From Myxococcota bacterium (GTDB taxonomy: Bacteria > Myxococcota_A > Polyangia > Polyangiales > Houyiibacteriaceae), in assembly GCA_039030515.1 (NCBI GenBank), contig JBCCEA010000008.1, positions 1 to 64,000 of the forward strand: a DNA stretch of 64,000 nucleotides, given 5' to 3'. Positions 1-10,400 of this stretch are shown here, piece after piece; within the stretch, counting starts at the first letter, position 1, and every line of letters starts with the position of its first letter. The translations under genes and the position numbers were made by a program. Below the pieces are notes generated by a model that had not been told where the DNA came from, searched no databases, and saw nothing but the letters and a program-made list of their open reading frames with translations.

Positions 1-150
1 ACCTGGTCAGGTTTGAGGCTGCAGTGCAGCTGGATAGGTACAGCGATGTGCCGTGCCTGGTCAGGCGCGGAGAGAGGCGTGGGGAGGTGCGGTGGGTGCT
101 GGGCCGTTCGCAGGGGGACCGTATACTGTAGCGGCCTACCCGGTTGGTTC
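1..150 (+). repeat. Degenerate/truncated copies of the CCGTACCCGGTCAGGTTTG dispersed repeat at the window edge
   Basis: ACCTGGTCAGGTTTG at 1-15, CCGTGCCTGGTCAGG at 51-65 and CCTACCCGGTTGGTT at 135-149 match the consensus of the 40881-41370 array. Confidence 0.65.
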
Positions 151-252
151 TAAGCTGAGCCTTGGGCGATTGCGGGAATCCACCTTAATGATTCGGCAAG
201 ACGCAGTTTGCTGCATGAGTTTGTGCGAAGGCGCTGTTCCGATCGAGCAAGG

Positions 253-1365
253 TTACGGACGAATGGAAAACGGGAAGGTGATATCGAAAACTGAACGTCG
301 GAAACTAGGAAATCGGACACGTCGAATCACTCCTTCCATACACGTTCCTTGCGCGGTGCCTCCAAAGGGAGTCCCAGCAATCGACACAGAGTCCACGTGA
401 CCGTCACCTTGAATCCGAATCCGCGCCGTCGCGATACCGGCTCGTCCTCCGGCACATCGACGCATCAGGGGAAAAAGCTCCGTCAGCACCCGTTGAATCG
501 TGCCTCGGCTCGGTACTTCCTGCTGGTCGTTCACGGCACGGGCTTGGACCGAACCAGCCTCGGTGCCAACCCCTACTTCCGAGCTGTTGCCTTGCTCCGA
601 CTCGACGTGCGGCGCCGCTCTGATCGCACGATTGAGCAAGTCGTCCACTGGATCCGTAGCAGGGGCTGGCAGCAATGAAACTGGCACCTCGGAAATCACA
701 CTCGAGTCGTCTGCCGAATCCGTTTTTACGTTTGCCTGAGGATTCCGGACACTACGCCCCACTCTCGCGGGCAACCGAAGTTTCCGCGAGTTGGGCCGTT
801 CGGTAGGTTTCAAATGGTGAGACTTTTCCATCTTTAATTCTGACGGCGTAGATTCTGAGATCGGCAGTTCGGCTTCGGACCGGCTCGAGTTGGCAAGTGG
901 CTGCCTAGCTGGTGAAGCATGTTCCAGATCAAGTTGAGGCTCGTGACCAGGTCTCAAAGCCTCTAAATCATCCGCAATATTTAGTGCTCCAACGCCGGCC
1001 AAAGCGCCCAGCACTCCGACGACAAGACCACCAGTAAAAATCGCAATACTTCTAGACTTTATCGCTGTAGCCGATGGTGATCGGCGCTCCATACCTTCTT
1101 TTGCCTGGAACAAACCAGCGGGATCGCCTCCGGACTCAGAACTTCTAGAAGTTTCAGGGGACGGCGTTACGACCATAGATGCCGCCAAGAAACTCAAATC
1201 AAGCACTCCATCCTCAACGTGCGTTGATGGATCATTCCTCCTCAACCCAGCATCATGAGCAAGTGTTCCGCTTGACCGGGCCGAGTCGGAAGGTGTGACT
1301 TCCTGCTTCTTAGATCGAGCGTCTTTATCTTTCTCAGGCTGAGAGTCGTCATTTGAATCTCGCAC
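253..1365 (-). CDS. Single-pass membrane protein with C-terminal AgmX/PglI-type (TonB_C-like) domain
   Basis: 370 aa; disordered N-terminus, TM segment (IAIFTGGLVVGVLGALAGVG), low-complexity linker, C-terminal 'MRRCAGG...IQGDGHVDSVSI...GTCMEGVIRRVRFPSF...ITFPF' with a Cys pair, typical of myxobacterial AgmX/PglI C-terminal domains. Confidence 0.6.
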   Translation of the reverse strand: MRDSNDDSQPEKDKDARSKKQEVTPSDSARSSGTLAHDAGLRRNDPSTHVEDGVLDLSFLAASMVVTPSPETSRSSESGGDPAGLFQAKEGMERRSPSATAIKSRSIAIFTGGLVVGVLGALAGVGALNIADDLEALRPGHEPQLDLEHASPARQPLANSSRSEAELPISESTPSELKMEKSHHLKPTERPNSRKLRLPARVGRSVRNPQANVKTDSADDSSVISEVPVSLLPAPATDPVDDLLNRAIRAAPHVESEQGNSSEVGVGTEAGSVQARAVNDQQEVPSRGTIQRVLTELFPLMRRCAGGRAGIATARIRIQGDGHVDSVSIAGTPFGGTAQGTCMEGVIRRVRFPSFRRSVFDITFPFSIRP

Positions 1366-1734
1366 CGCTTTTTAGACTCTCCTTAAGATTCGGCCCGACG
1401 AAACACAACGGTTTTGCACCTAGGTGTTTGTGCCGGTGAAGGCCTAGCGATAATATTCAATTTGGAAAACGAACAGACATGAAACAGCGCATCCAAAGCA
1501 TAATTATCTCTAGTTATTTACATTCGCGAAGCAAAAGCACAGATCGATATCTTACCGTGTTCCGACTCTTCGATATCTCTTCAGACCGCAAAACCATTCA
1601 GTGCTATACCGAAGCTTGCATAGAATCTTGTTAATCGGCCTTATTTCGGTACCTTTTCTCGATTTAACTGCCTCCCTCACCCCTGAAGTATCCAACGCTC
1701 ATCACTGGTCGTCGACACCCTCTATGCAGGCTTG

Positions 1735-2007
1735 TCATTGACCAAGGATCGCTAGGAATACAAAACCGATAGCGAGCGCCGTACCGGCACTTGCGGCAAG
1801 CCATGGAAAACCGCGATTTCCAAGCCGATCGGCCAATGCCATCCCACCAAACGCACCACCGACCAGGAAAGCAAAGGTCAGGGCAGTCGCTGTCGCACGA
1901 TTGATCTCAAAAAAAAGATAAAAACCGAAGCTCAAATAAAGACCCAGACAGGCACCTAATACCCAACCGAATACTGTGCACCACTGACGACGTACATCGG
2001 TTACCAT
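1735..2007 (-). CDS. Small hypothetical membrane protein (3 TM)
   Basis: 90 aa, three hydrophobic segments, GGAGAGG RBS upstream, co-oriented with the glpK-UPF0158 genes. Confidence 0.7.
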   Translation of the reverse strand: MVTDVRRQWCTVFGWVLGACLGLYLSFGFYLFFEINRATATALTFAFLVGGAFGGMALADRLGNRGFPWLAASAGTALAIGFVFLAILGQ

Positions 2008-2044
2008 TCTGCCTCTCCATGCGTCATAGACTTCGGTGCGCTCA

Positions 2045-2818
2045 TTATACCGCCTCTTCGGATCCCTCCCCTACAGCGACCGATCTCGCCAAGCGGTAAT
2101 CGGCTTCTTGTGGCTGAGTAGACTGGACTGAGACTTTACTGAGGGATTGACCACGGGCATTGCGGTCCAAAAGAAACTCCAAAAACGCTATCGCCACTTC
2201 CAGGTCTGAGTCTGGCAGTCTGCCTAAGAGCTCCCTGAGCCGCCGCTCCAAAGTGACACCGTAATCATCTGTTTCGCAGTCTGTTTGTACCAGGTTCTCA
2301 GCGCCTGGCTCGGTCGACGCCGCATTGGACAGAACCTCATCGGCAGTAGGAACGCGCCATTGTGGTCGCTCGATAGAGGTCAAACCATGAGCGCTCATCC
2401 ATCCTTCCATACAGGTACGAAGTCGCTCGGTTCGAAACGCAAACCACCGCTCGCGATCCACGGGGTAATTCATGAGAACATCCTTAAATCGGCGGAATGC
2501 TCCTTTTCCATCGATAGCAACGAGTAACTTATGTCTCAGCTCGGCCAGCTCCACCGTTGCGATAAAGCGTTCCATCCATCGATACTGTTCGCGCGAGGAA
2601 ACCGGGTCGATCCGAAGGTAATTCGAATCGGACATAATTCTTTGGTGCATACTCGGATCGGCGACCCCATCGACGACTCGAATCACCTCCCCGTTGTTGA
2701 GATGTAGATAGCTATGCACCTCAGGAGCGTTATTCTCAAAAGCATCCTCCAAAGCCTCCCACGCGACGGGCACTTCATGGACAGAGGGGCGCACCTTTTT
2801 TTGGTCGTCATGGCTCAT
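2045..2818 (-). CDS. UPF0158 family protein
   Basis: 'LEDAFENN...SYLHLNNGEVI...YRWMERFI...LLVAIDGKGAFRRFKDVL...ERWFAFR' is the UPF0158 signature; ATG at 2818 overlaps the glpK stop (TGATG). Confidence 0.85.
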   Translation of the reverse strand: MSHDDQKKVRPSVHEVPVAWEALEDAFENNAPEVHSYLHLNNGEVIRVVDGVADPSMHQRIMSDSNYLRIDPVSSREQYRWMERFIATVELAELRHKLLVAIDGKGAFRRFKDVLMNYPVDRERWFAFRTERLRTCMEGWMSAHGLTSIERPQWRVPTADEVLSNAASTEPGAENLVQTDCETDDYGVTLERRLRELLGRLPDSDLEVAIAFLEFLLDRNARGQSLSKVSVQSTQPQEADYRLARSVAVGEGSEEAV

Positions 2819-4311
2819 CAGGACAGCTCGCTTCGAGCACGTCGCACCGCAGAATGCCATCGCTGCATCGCTGTAATCCGCTCTGGTTCAGAGAACTCTC
2901 CGTGGAACGTTTCGGCAACCACATGTCGACGAAGTATGGCCTGCATATCCTCGTAAAACCCGACACCAAGTCCAGCAAGAAAAGCCGCCCCAAGCGCTGT
3001 CGTATCCAGTTGTAGTGGGCGATCCACCGGAACACCTAGTAGGTTGGCCTGAGTTTGCATCAGTAATCCATTTTGAGCAGCTCCACCGTCGACACGGAAC
3101 CTCTTGAGCGAACGACCTGAATCCGACTCCATGGCCTGAACCAGATCACAGATTTGCAGGGCGATTCCCTCTAACGCCGCACGCGCCAGGTGCCCACGGC
3201 TCGTGTCTCTCGTGATCCCGCAGATCAAACCTCGAGCGTCCGGATCCCAATATGGAGCGCCCAGACCGGTGAGTGCCGGAACAAAAACTACGTCGCTAGA
3301 AGACTCCACCGAAGCCGCCAGCTTCTCGACCTCGGGAGATTCACTGATCAACCCCAATCCGTCTCGCAACCACTGAACCGCCGCACCTGCGATAAAGGCA
3401 CTCCCTTCTATCGCATAGGAAACGCGACCTGCGACTTCGCAGGCGATCGTTGTGAGCAAACCACGATGGGATGGAACCGGGGTCGAACCGGTGTTCATGA
3501 GGAGAAACGCACCTGTCCCATAAGTGCACTTCGCCATGCCTTCTTCCCAACAAGCTTGACCGAAAAGCGCAGATTGCTGATCACCTGCTACTCCTGCGAT
3601 GGGGACTCCGTCGGGTAGCGGTGAAAAGCCCTTCGTGTAGCCGAAGACTCCAGAGGACGGTCGCACTTCAGGCAGCATTGCCAGAGGAACTCGGAGTTCG
3701 CCTGCAAGTTCCGAGTCCCAGTCGCATGCGTGAATATTGAAGAGTAGCGTGCGGGAGGCGTTCGTCCTGTCGGTTGCGTGGACCGCTCCCGAGGTGAGTC
3801 GATGTATGAGAAATGAGTCTATGGTCCCAAAAGCGATATCTCCCCGCTCTGCTCGAGAGCGCAGCCCTTGAGTTTCATCCAGCATCCATTCGATCTTCGT
3901 GCCGCTAAAGTACGGGTCGAGCACGAGGCCGGTACGCTCGCGAAAGTTCGCTTCCAGGCCGTTTCGCTTCATCGCCTGACATCGCTCCGCTGTACGTCGA
4001 TCCTGCCAAACGATAGCTGGTCGGATCGGGCGATGTGTCTTGCGCTCCCAGAGCACCGTCGTCTCTCTCTGATTGGCGATTCCGAGTGCAACGCAAGCAT
4101 TTCGTTCCACCCCGGCGTGGTTCATGGCCTCCTCGGCCGCCGCGACGATCGAGGTCCAGATCTCTTCAGGATCGTGCTCCACCCAACCGCTCTTCGGATA
4201 GTGCTGAGAAAATTCACGGTAGCCTCGACCCAGAACCTGAGACTGTGGTGAAACAACCATCGCGGTGGATCCGGTGGTGCCTTGGTCTAGCGCGAGAACA
4301 TAACCCGACAT
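2818..4311 (-). CDS. glpK: Glycerol kinase
   Basis: LALDQGTTGST, GWVEHDPEEIW, NQRETT, DPYFSGTKI, AGDQQSALFGQ, KCTYGTGAF and DGGA motifs; start set at MSGYVLAL after a GAGGGAG RBS. Confidence 0.97.
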   Translation of the reverse strand: MSGYVLALDQGTTGSTAMVVSPQSQVLGRGYREFSQHYPKSGWVEHDPEEIWTSIVAAAEEAMNHAGVERNACVALGIANQRETTVLWERKTHRPIRPAIVWQDRRTAERCQAMKRNGLEANFRERTGLVLDPYFSGTKIEWMLDETQGLRSRAERGDIAFGTIDSFLIHRLTSGAVHATDRTNASRTLLFNIHACDWDSELAGELRVPLAMLPEVRPSSGVFGYTKGFSPLPDGVPIAGVAGDQQSALFGQACWEEGMAKCTYGTGAFLLMNTGSTPVPSHRGLLTTIACEVAGRVSYAIEGSAFIAGAAVQWLRDGLGLISESPEVEKLAASVESSSDVVFVPALTGLGAPYWDPDARGLICGITRDTSRGHLARAALEGIALQICDLVQAMESDSGRSLKRFRVDGGAAQNGLLMQTQANLLGVPVDRPLQLDTTALGAAFLAGLGVGFYEDMQAILRRHVVAETFHGEFSEPERITAMQRWHSAVRRARSELS

Positions 4312-4497
4312 GATAAGCTCCCTCACGTTAGTGCCGTGAGCTCGCCATGTAAAGAATGCCTTCGCATGCGGGTTTAAACGTCACTCCTTCAAAGCCCTGG
4401 ACACAGCCCGGGTACCATCCTCTTCATCACTCCGAGAAACTGATCCCGAGACGCCCCACGGCGACCCACTTCCTAGACGGTCGCACGTCGCTAAACG

Positions 4498-7400
4498 CTA
4501 GCAGTCGATCTCTGAGAGGAACGCTTCCGCCTCTTGCAGCTCAGGATCTTCCGAACGCGCTTTACGCGCCCAAAGCACTGCTTTTCGATCCTCGCCGCGC
4601 GCGTGAGCGATGCGAGCTTGAAGCAAATAGGCAGTGGCTCGGGACATCGGCCCTGGAACCTTGGTCAAGGTAACCGCCCTGAGCGCATTCAAAGCCACGT
4701 CATGCTCTCCCATCCCCATCGCAAGGCGAGCGAGCTCTGCTGCCACGTAACCATTGTTCTTGTCGCTATCTAAAGCAGCATTGAGCCACTGAAGTTCAAG
4801 TTCACCATCGCCTGCTGCATGAGCAAGACGAGCCATTCGATGCTGCAGCTGACTTAGCTCCGGCGACCGTCGCTTCGGGTGATTGGAAATCGCCTGCTCC
4901 AAAAGTTGACCGGAATCAGCGAACCGAGCTGCCAGCGTATAGGCATCGGCGAGGTACAACGTTGCAATATGGTCGCTAGAATCGATCGAACGTGAGGCCT
5001 CTAGGGGTTCGATTGCAGCAGCCGCGTCCCCGACCCGCTCAAGAAACACCTGACCTGCTGTCCGAAGAAGCTCAAATCGCATCATTGGCTCCACACCTTC
5101 TGCTTCACTCAGCAACAAACCAGATAACTCTCGGTACGCTCCCATGGACTCATAGAGATCCCGCATGCGTTCAAAGAGCACCTGATTTCCGCGCTGACTC
5201 CGCTGAACGTGCTCAAGGCCAGGCAGAGCATCAGCAGCATGACCAGCCGCTTCACAAGCGTCCGCAAGCTGAATCGCAGAAGAGAGCTGCTCCTCCCCGG
5301 TTTGCAACTGGATCAACCGGCGACACAGTTCCGCGACCCCCAGCCAATGTTCTTGCTGAATATCGATCTCACGAAGCCGGAGAAGCACGGTGGAGTCTTC
5401 CGGATGACGCTCAGACCATTGGGCCAACAGATCGCGCATGCTCTCGATCTCACCACCCGCTTCGAGCACCTCAGCCAACCGATAGGTACTGCTTCGTGCC
5501 AATTCTCCATCGGAGGCGGACTCGGCATGCGTGCGAATACGTTCCAAAGCTGCGCGGATCTCGGCATACACATCTTGTGCTGAAATCGCGTAGGCCTCTT
5601 CCAGATCTTCTAATGCGATTTCCAGACGCTCTTGGTCCAAACGGAGCTGGGCGCGAAGCCGCAGCAAATAAAGCCGAGCCACTCCTGGTTCAGCAAAGCG
5701 CTCCAGAGTGAGGGAAACTTCCTCGATGGCTCGATCGTCATCGCCGGTTTCGCGCAGAATTTGCACGAATTCTGAAAGAACTTCCATATCCTCAGGGGCA
5801 AACGAACGAAGGTCGGCGAGCACCTCAACGGCCCGATTCATTCGCTGCAAAGGCTCCCGAAAGAGAGCCGCTGCCTCACGCAACCTCGGAACCGCACTCA
5901 TTCGATCTCGAGTCGCCTCAGCGACGAGAAACATGGCGAGGCCTTCCCAAAGCTCTTTCGCTCGAAAGAAGGACTCAAGCTCGGTTCGAATGGTCTGATC
6001 GTGAGGAACCTTTTGGTATCCGGTGCTGAGAACTCGCGCCATCCCCTCGATATCCTCAAGGGATTCCCAGTGCGCATAAAGTTCCCACATCAGCTCTGCT
6101 ACGGACTCCTCAGGTTCGGAAGCAAGCAGTCCCTCTCGAATCTCTACCCGCTCCCGAACATCAGCGTCTTCTCCCATCAGCTCGAGAAGGCACAAAATGA
6201 TGCGGCGTTCGTTCGGTACCCATTCACGAGCCTGCCGGTAGACATCGATCGCATCGTCTCGCCGAACTTTCTCGAGTAGCGTGCCAAGCTTGAGCGCAAC
6301 CTCAGCAATTTGAGTCAAGTCTTCGTTATCTCGAGCAACGTCCAGCTGCCGCTGCAGGAGTTCCACCAGGTCTTCGTTGTATCCTGCGCGCTCGTAAAGT
6401 GAGGTGAGCAACCGAGTGGCCTCATGATGCTCAGGCGCTTCTTCGAGAATGGACTTGAGGGCCTCGACCGCATCGAATTGACGTTCCTCCAAGGACATGA
6501 GGTATTGAGCCAACTCCATGCGCGCGAGGTTGCGCTCCTCCACATCGAGCAAACCCTCGAGTAAAGCCGCCACTGTGTCCAAAAGAGCGGATTCGTCCCC
6601 CTCGCGTCGGTATGCGATGAGCAGCGGGTGCCATACGTCCACGTTCCACGCGCCAGTTCGGTGTAGCGGTGACAAAATCTCGATGGCTTTTTGCGCATCA
6701 CCACCGTCACTTAGAGCCATGCGAGCCAGCCGGAGCGAAAGTTCCTGCTTTTCTGGCTCTTCGGTTACCGCAAGGGCCTGCTCGAGAAAGCGCATAGCGC
6801 CCCTGACATCAAGGACCTCGCTCCGACGCTCTGCAAGCGCCATGAGCGCCCATCGAGCCTCGACCCCGCCCTCCTCTTTCGTCTCCCCCAGAGCAACCGC
6901 TCGATGAAGTAGAGGCTCCACTTTCTCTTTGGCCCCGGGATGGTCGACCTCAAGATCTAGCGCTTTCCCCACCGCCTCACGGACCTGAGACAATGTCGCG
7001 TCCGTGCGTGCAACCCGACGTTCAAGAAAGTCGAGTATCAGCATCTCGTCTCCAGACTCTCGAGTCACTGTCTCATAGAGCGACAGTGCTCTCTCGTGCA
7101 TCGAACTCTTATCGAGCTGCCGCTGCAAAAGCCCGATAGCTTCGGCGCTGCGGGGATCGAGCGCGTATGCACGCTCCAAGTAGTCCAGTCCGAGGCTTTG
7201 AGCTTCGTCGGAAACGCTGTCCTGAGGGTCTTCGGCAGAGATCAGCAGCTCCGCGAGCCTGTAAAACGCCTCGATTTTCGCGTCCGCTACCAGCGCGTCT
7301 TCTGCAACCAAATGTTTGAGTACGCGAAGTTGTTCTGCCACGTCCCCCTTTGCGCGAGCCACCCGAACCAGAGCCATCCAAGCATCGACCCTCCGAGTTC

Positions 7401-10400
7401 CGGTGGCTTCAGCTGCGCGATAGTGATTCAAGGCCTCATCCAAATCGCTCAGGTCTTCCTCGGCAACGCGCCCGAGACGAAGGATCAAATCCGCACAGGT
7501 CGACGCGTCATCGGATCGCCTCAGATTGTCGATCAGCTCCGTCAAGACTGAAACGTAGGCGTCCGCAGATCCAACCTCTCGAGCTCCCTTGCGAACAAGT
7601 CGGTGCAGCTCTTCATCGACCGGAGCCAAGCGAAGGGCTTCTAGACGCCGACGAAGGGCTTCTTGAGGCTGTTTCATCGAGCCTTCGAGCACGGCCGCGA
7701 TGTCCGTCAACAAGTCCGCCCGCGCAGCGGGAGCTTCAACAACTCCGATACGCTGTTCGAGCACCCTCAATGCCAGCTCTGCTTTGTCCCGGGAGGCAAG
7801 CGCCTTCGCAAGCATCCGCGCTTCGGAGTCGCTCTGCCCGGTCACTTCGAGGGCCGACTCTAGGAGCTCGCCCGCTTGCTCCTCATCACCGCGAGACATG
7901 GCCAGGAGGTGCAGTTCAAACAGCACTTCCGCCACTCCGACCGTGTGCTCCTCGCCGGTGCTACGCCGAGCGACCAGGAGCAATGTCCGATAGGTTCGCT
8001 CTGCTCGTTCGAACTGGCCCGCCTCCCGCGAAACATCAGCAAGCATTCGGAGCGTGCTCGCATTGTCCATGTCCATCTTTGTGGCCAACTCGAGCTGCTG
8101 CAGGGCCCCTTCGACATCGTCCATCTCGTACATCACCCGGGCCAACTGCCCATGGACCGCAGCTCGCTCGGTACCGCGTCGGCGACCGAAACTTTCGACC
8201 AGCTCCGTCAGGACATCGCGGGACTGCTGCAATCGACCGTCTGCGTGCAAGGAGTGGGCGAGCATGCTCTTAAGCAAGCGGTTTTCAGGGGCGAGGTTCA
8301 AGCTTTTCTCGAGAACCGCGATGGCCTCTTGATGTTCGCCGAGTTCTCTAAAAAGCTCTGCAGATCGCTTGATCATGGCGAGCAGCTCGGTTTGGTCGCG
8401 CACATGATCTGACGCTTTCGCAAGCAGCCTAGCGAGTGGAGCGTACGCCTGTTGCGCCTCGTACTGTGATGACAAGAGTTCTCGAACTTCGGTGGCGGAC
8501 GGATCTTTTGACCAGGCAGCCTCCAGCACGGCAAGCGCACTCTCCTGTCGACCGGCACCTAGTTGAGCTCGCGCCAAGCGAAGGGAGAACTCCGCGTGCG
8601 CTTCACCGCTGTCCATTTCAAGCCGGCGTTCGAGCCATCGGGCGGCCATCGAGTGCTCCATACGAGACTCGTAGATTCGAGCCAAAGCTTCGATCGACTG
8701 AGGAGTCGGCGCCAACTCAGCAACCCGGCGATGTGCAGCGATCGCTCGATCGACATCGTCGATTTCTCTCTCTGCTAGCTCGGCAACCCGGCCAAATAAG
8801 TAAGCAGCTCGGTCCGAAGCAGTCTCCTCGAGTCGTATGGCCTGGTCCGACAAGACATCGATCAGCTCTAGGTAGCGGGATTGGCCCGCCAAAACGCCGT
8901 CAAGTGCATGCAGTGAGTCTACGTGCCCGGGGCGCTCTTCAAGATTCGCCCTAAGTACCGCAACCGGTCCGGCATTCACCTCCAAGCTCGCCATGAGCTG
9001 CACGATATGCAGTCGCAGCTCGAGCCTTCTCGAGGCGTCTTTAGTCACGGCAAGCTCTCGCTGACGAAGCGCAAGCAACTCTGCAGTTCTGCCTTCAGCT
9101 TCGTAGAGTGCGGCAAGGGACGCAAGGGTCTGAAGGTCTTCCGGCGCCTCATCGAGCAGCTCCCGATAGACGGAGATGGCCCGAAAGGGTTCTCCCAACT
9201 TACTCGCTCGGATGTAGGCTGCATCACGGCGGTATCCCGTGGTCTGCCAGGTTTCTAGGGGGAATCGGGCGGCTTCTGCGAGCAAACTTGCCGCCGCTCC
9301 CCAATCCTGGCGATCTTGATATACCGCGCGCAGCCTATCGATGGACCAGGGGACGACTTCGATTGGCTGCGCGGTACCGCAGGCTGCTTTTCCTGCGGTC
9401 AGTAGAACTCCTGCGCGCTTGAAGAGGTCCCGTAGGGCGCTCAGGTACATCGAGTCGTCGCTGAGGGTATCGGAGGCGATTTCGGCGATCTCTCTTAGAA
9501 GATCGAGATCGGTCGGGCGAAGCTCGCTGAGCGTGCGCAGCGTGTCGCAAAGGTTCGCACTGGGGGCAGGTCGCTGCACCGTAGCCAAAGACTCAAGCAG
9601 CGTGCGATCCTGTGGTCGATGCGTCAGCGCCTCGGCAAGCGCAGACTCGGCCTGCTCGAGTTGACCGAGCTCGCCGGCCAGTCGTACGATCGATTCTGCC
9701 GCATCACGACTCGTCGCATTGCATCCGATGGCGGCTATCCAGGACTGAAGTGCGGGTTCCCTGCGTTCGATCGACTCCCAGGACAGAGCTGCTCTCTGAT
9801 GCAGTTCAAAACGACGGGAGACACTAGTGACGGCAAGCGCTGCCCGTTCATAGGCTTGTGCCGCTTCATCCACACTGCCCGTATGCGCCGCTAGCCTCGC
9901 GACTTCATCCTCCAAGGACCGATCTTCAGGCAAGAGCGCGAGCGCGTTGGATGCTGCCTGAAATGCTTGAGTGGGGTCACCGCTTCGATGCTCAAAGATC
10001 TCTGCAGCATCTCGAAGGATCGCAGCTCGCGCTGTCGTCTCCTCGACCACCGCCAATCGATCCTGAAGCAACTCAAGACGAGCTTCCCATTCATCGGCCG
10101 TACGATAAGCACGATCGAGCGCCTCAACCACGATATGCCGGACCTCCGGCACCTCTCGCAATGAGCGCAAACCGAGACGAATGCCCTCGTGTGCCGGCAC
10201 CAGCGAAAGCGCGTGCACGTAGATTTCTGACGCTTCCTGTTCCTTGCCGGGTTGCTCTTGAAGCGCATCTCCGAGTCGCGAGGCGATCTCTGCAAATCGC
10301 AGGCGAGTGCGGTTCGAGACACGTTTCAAAAGCGCGATTCGATCGTCTGACCTGCCCGACCTCTCGTAAAGAACATTGAGCGCTTCGACCGCGTCATTCT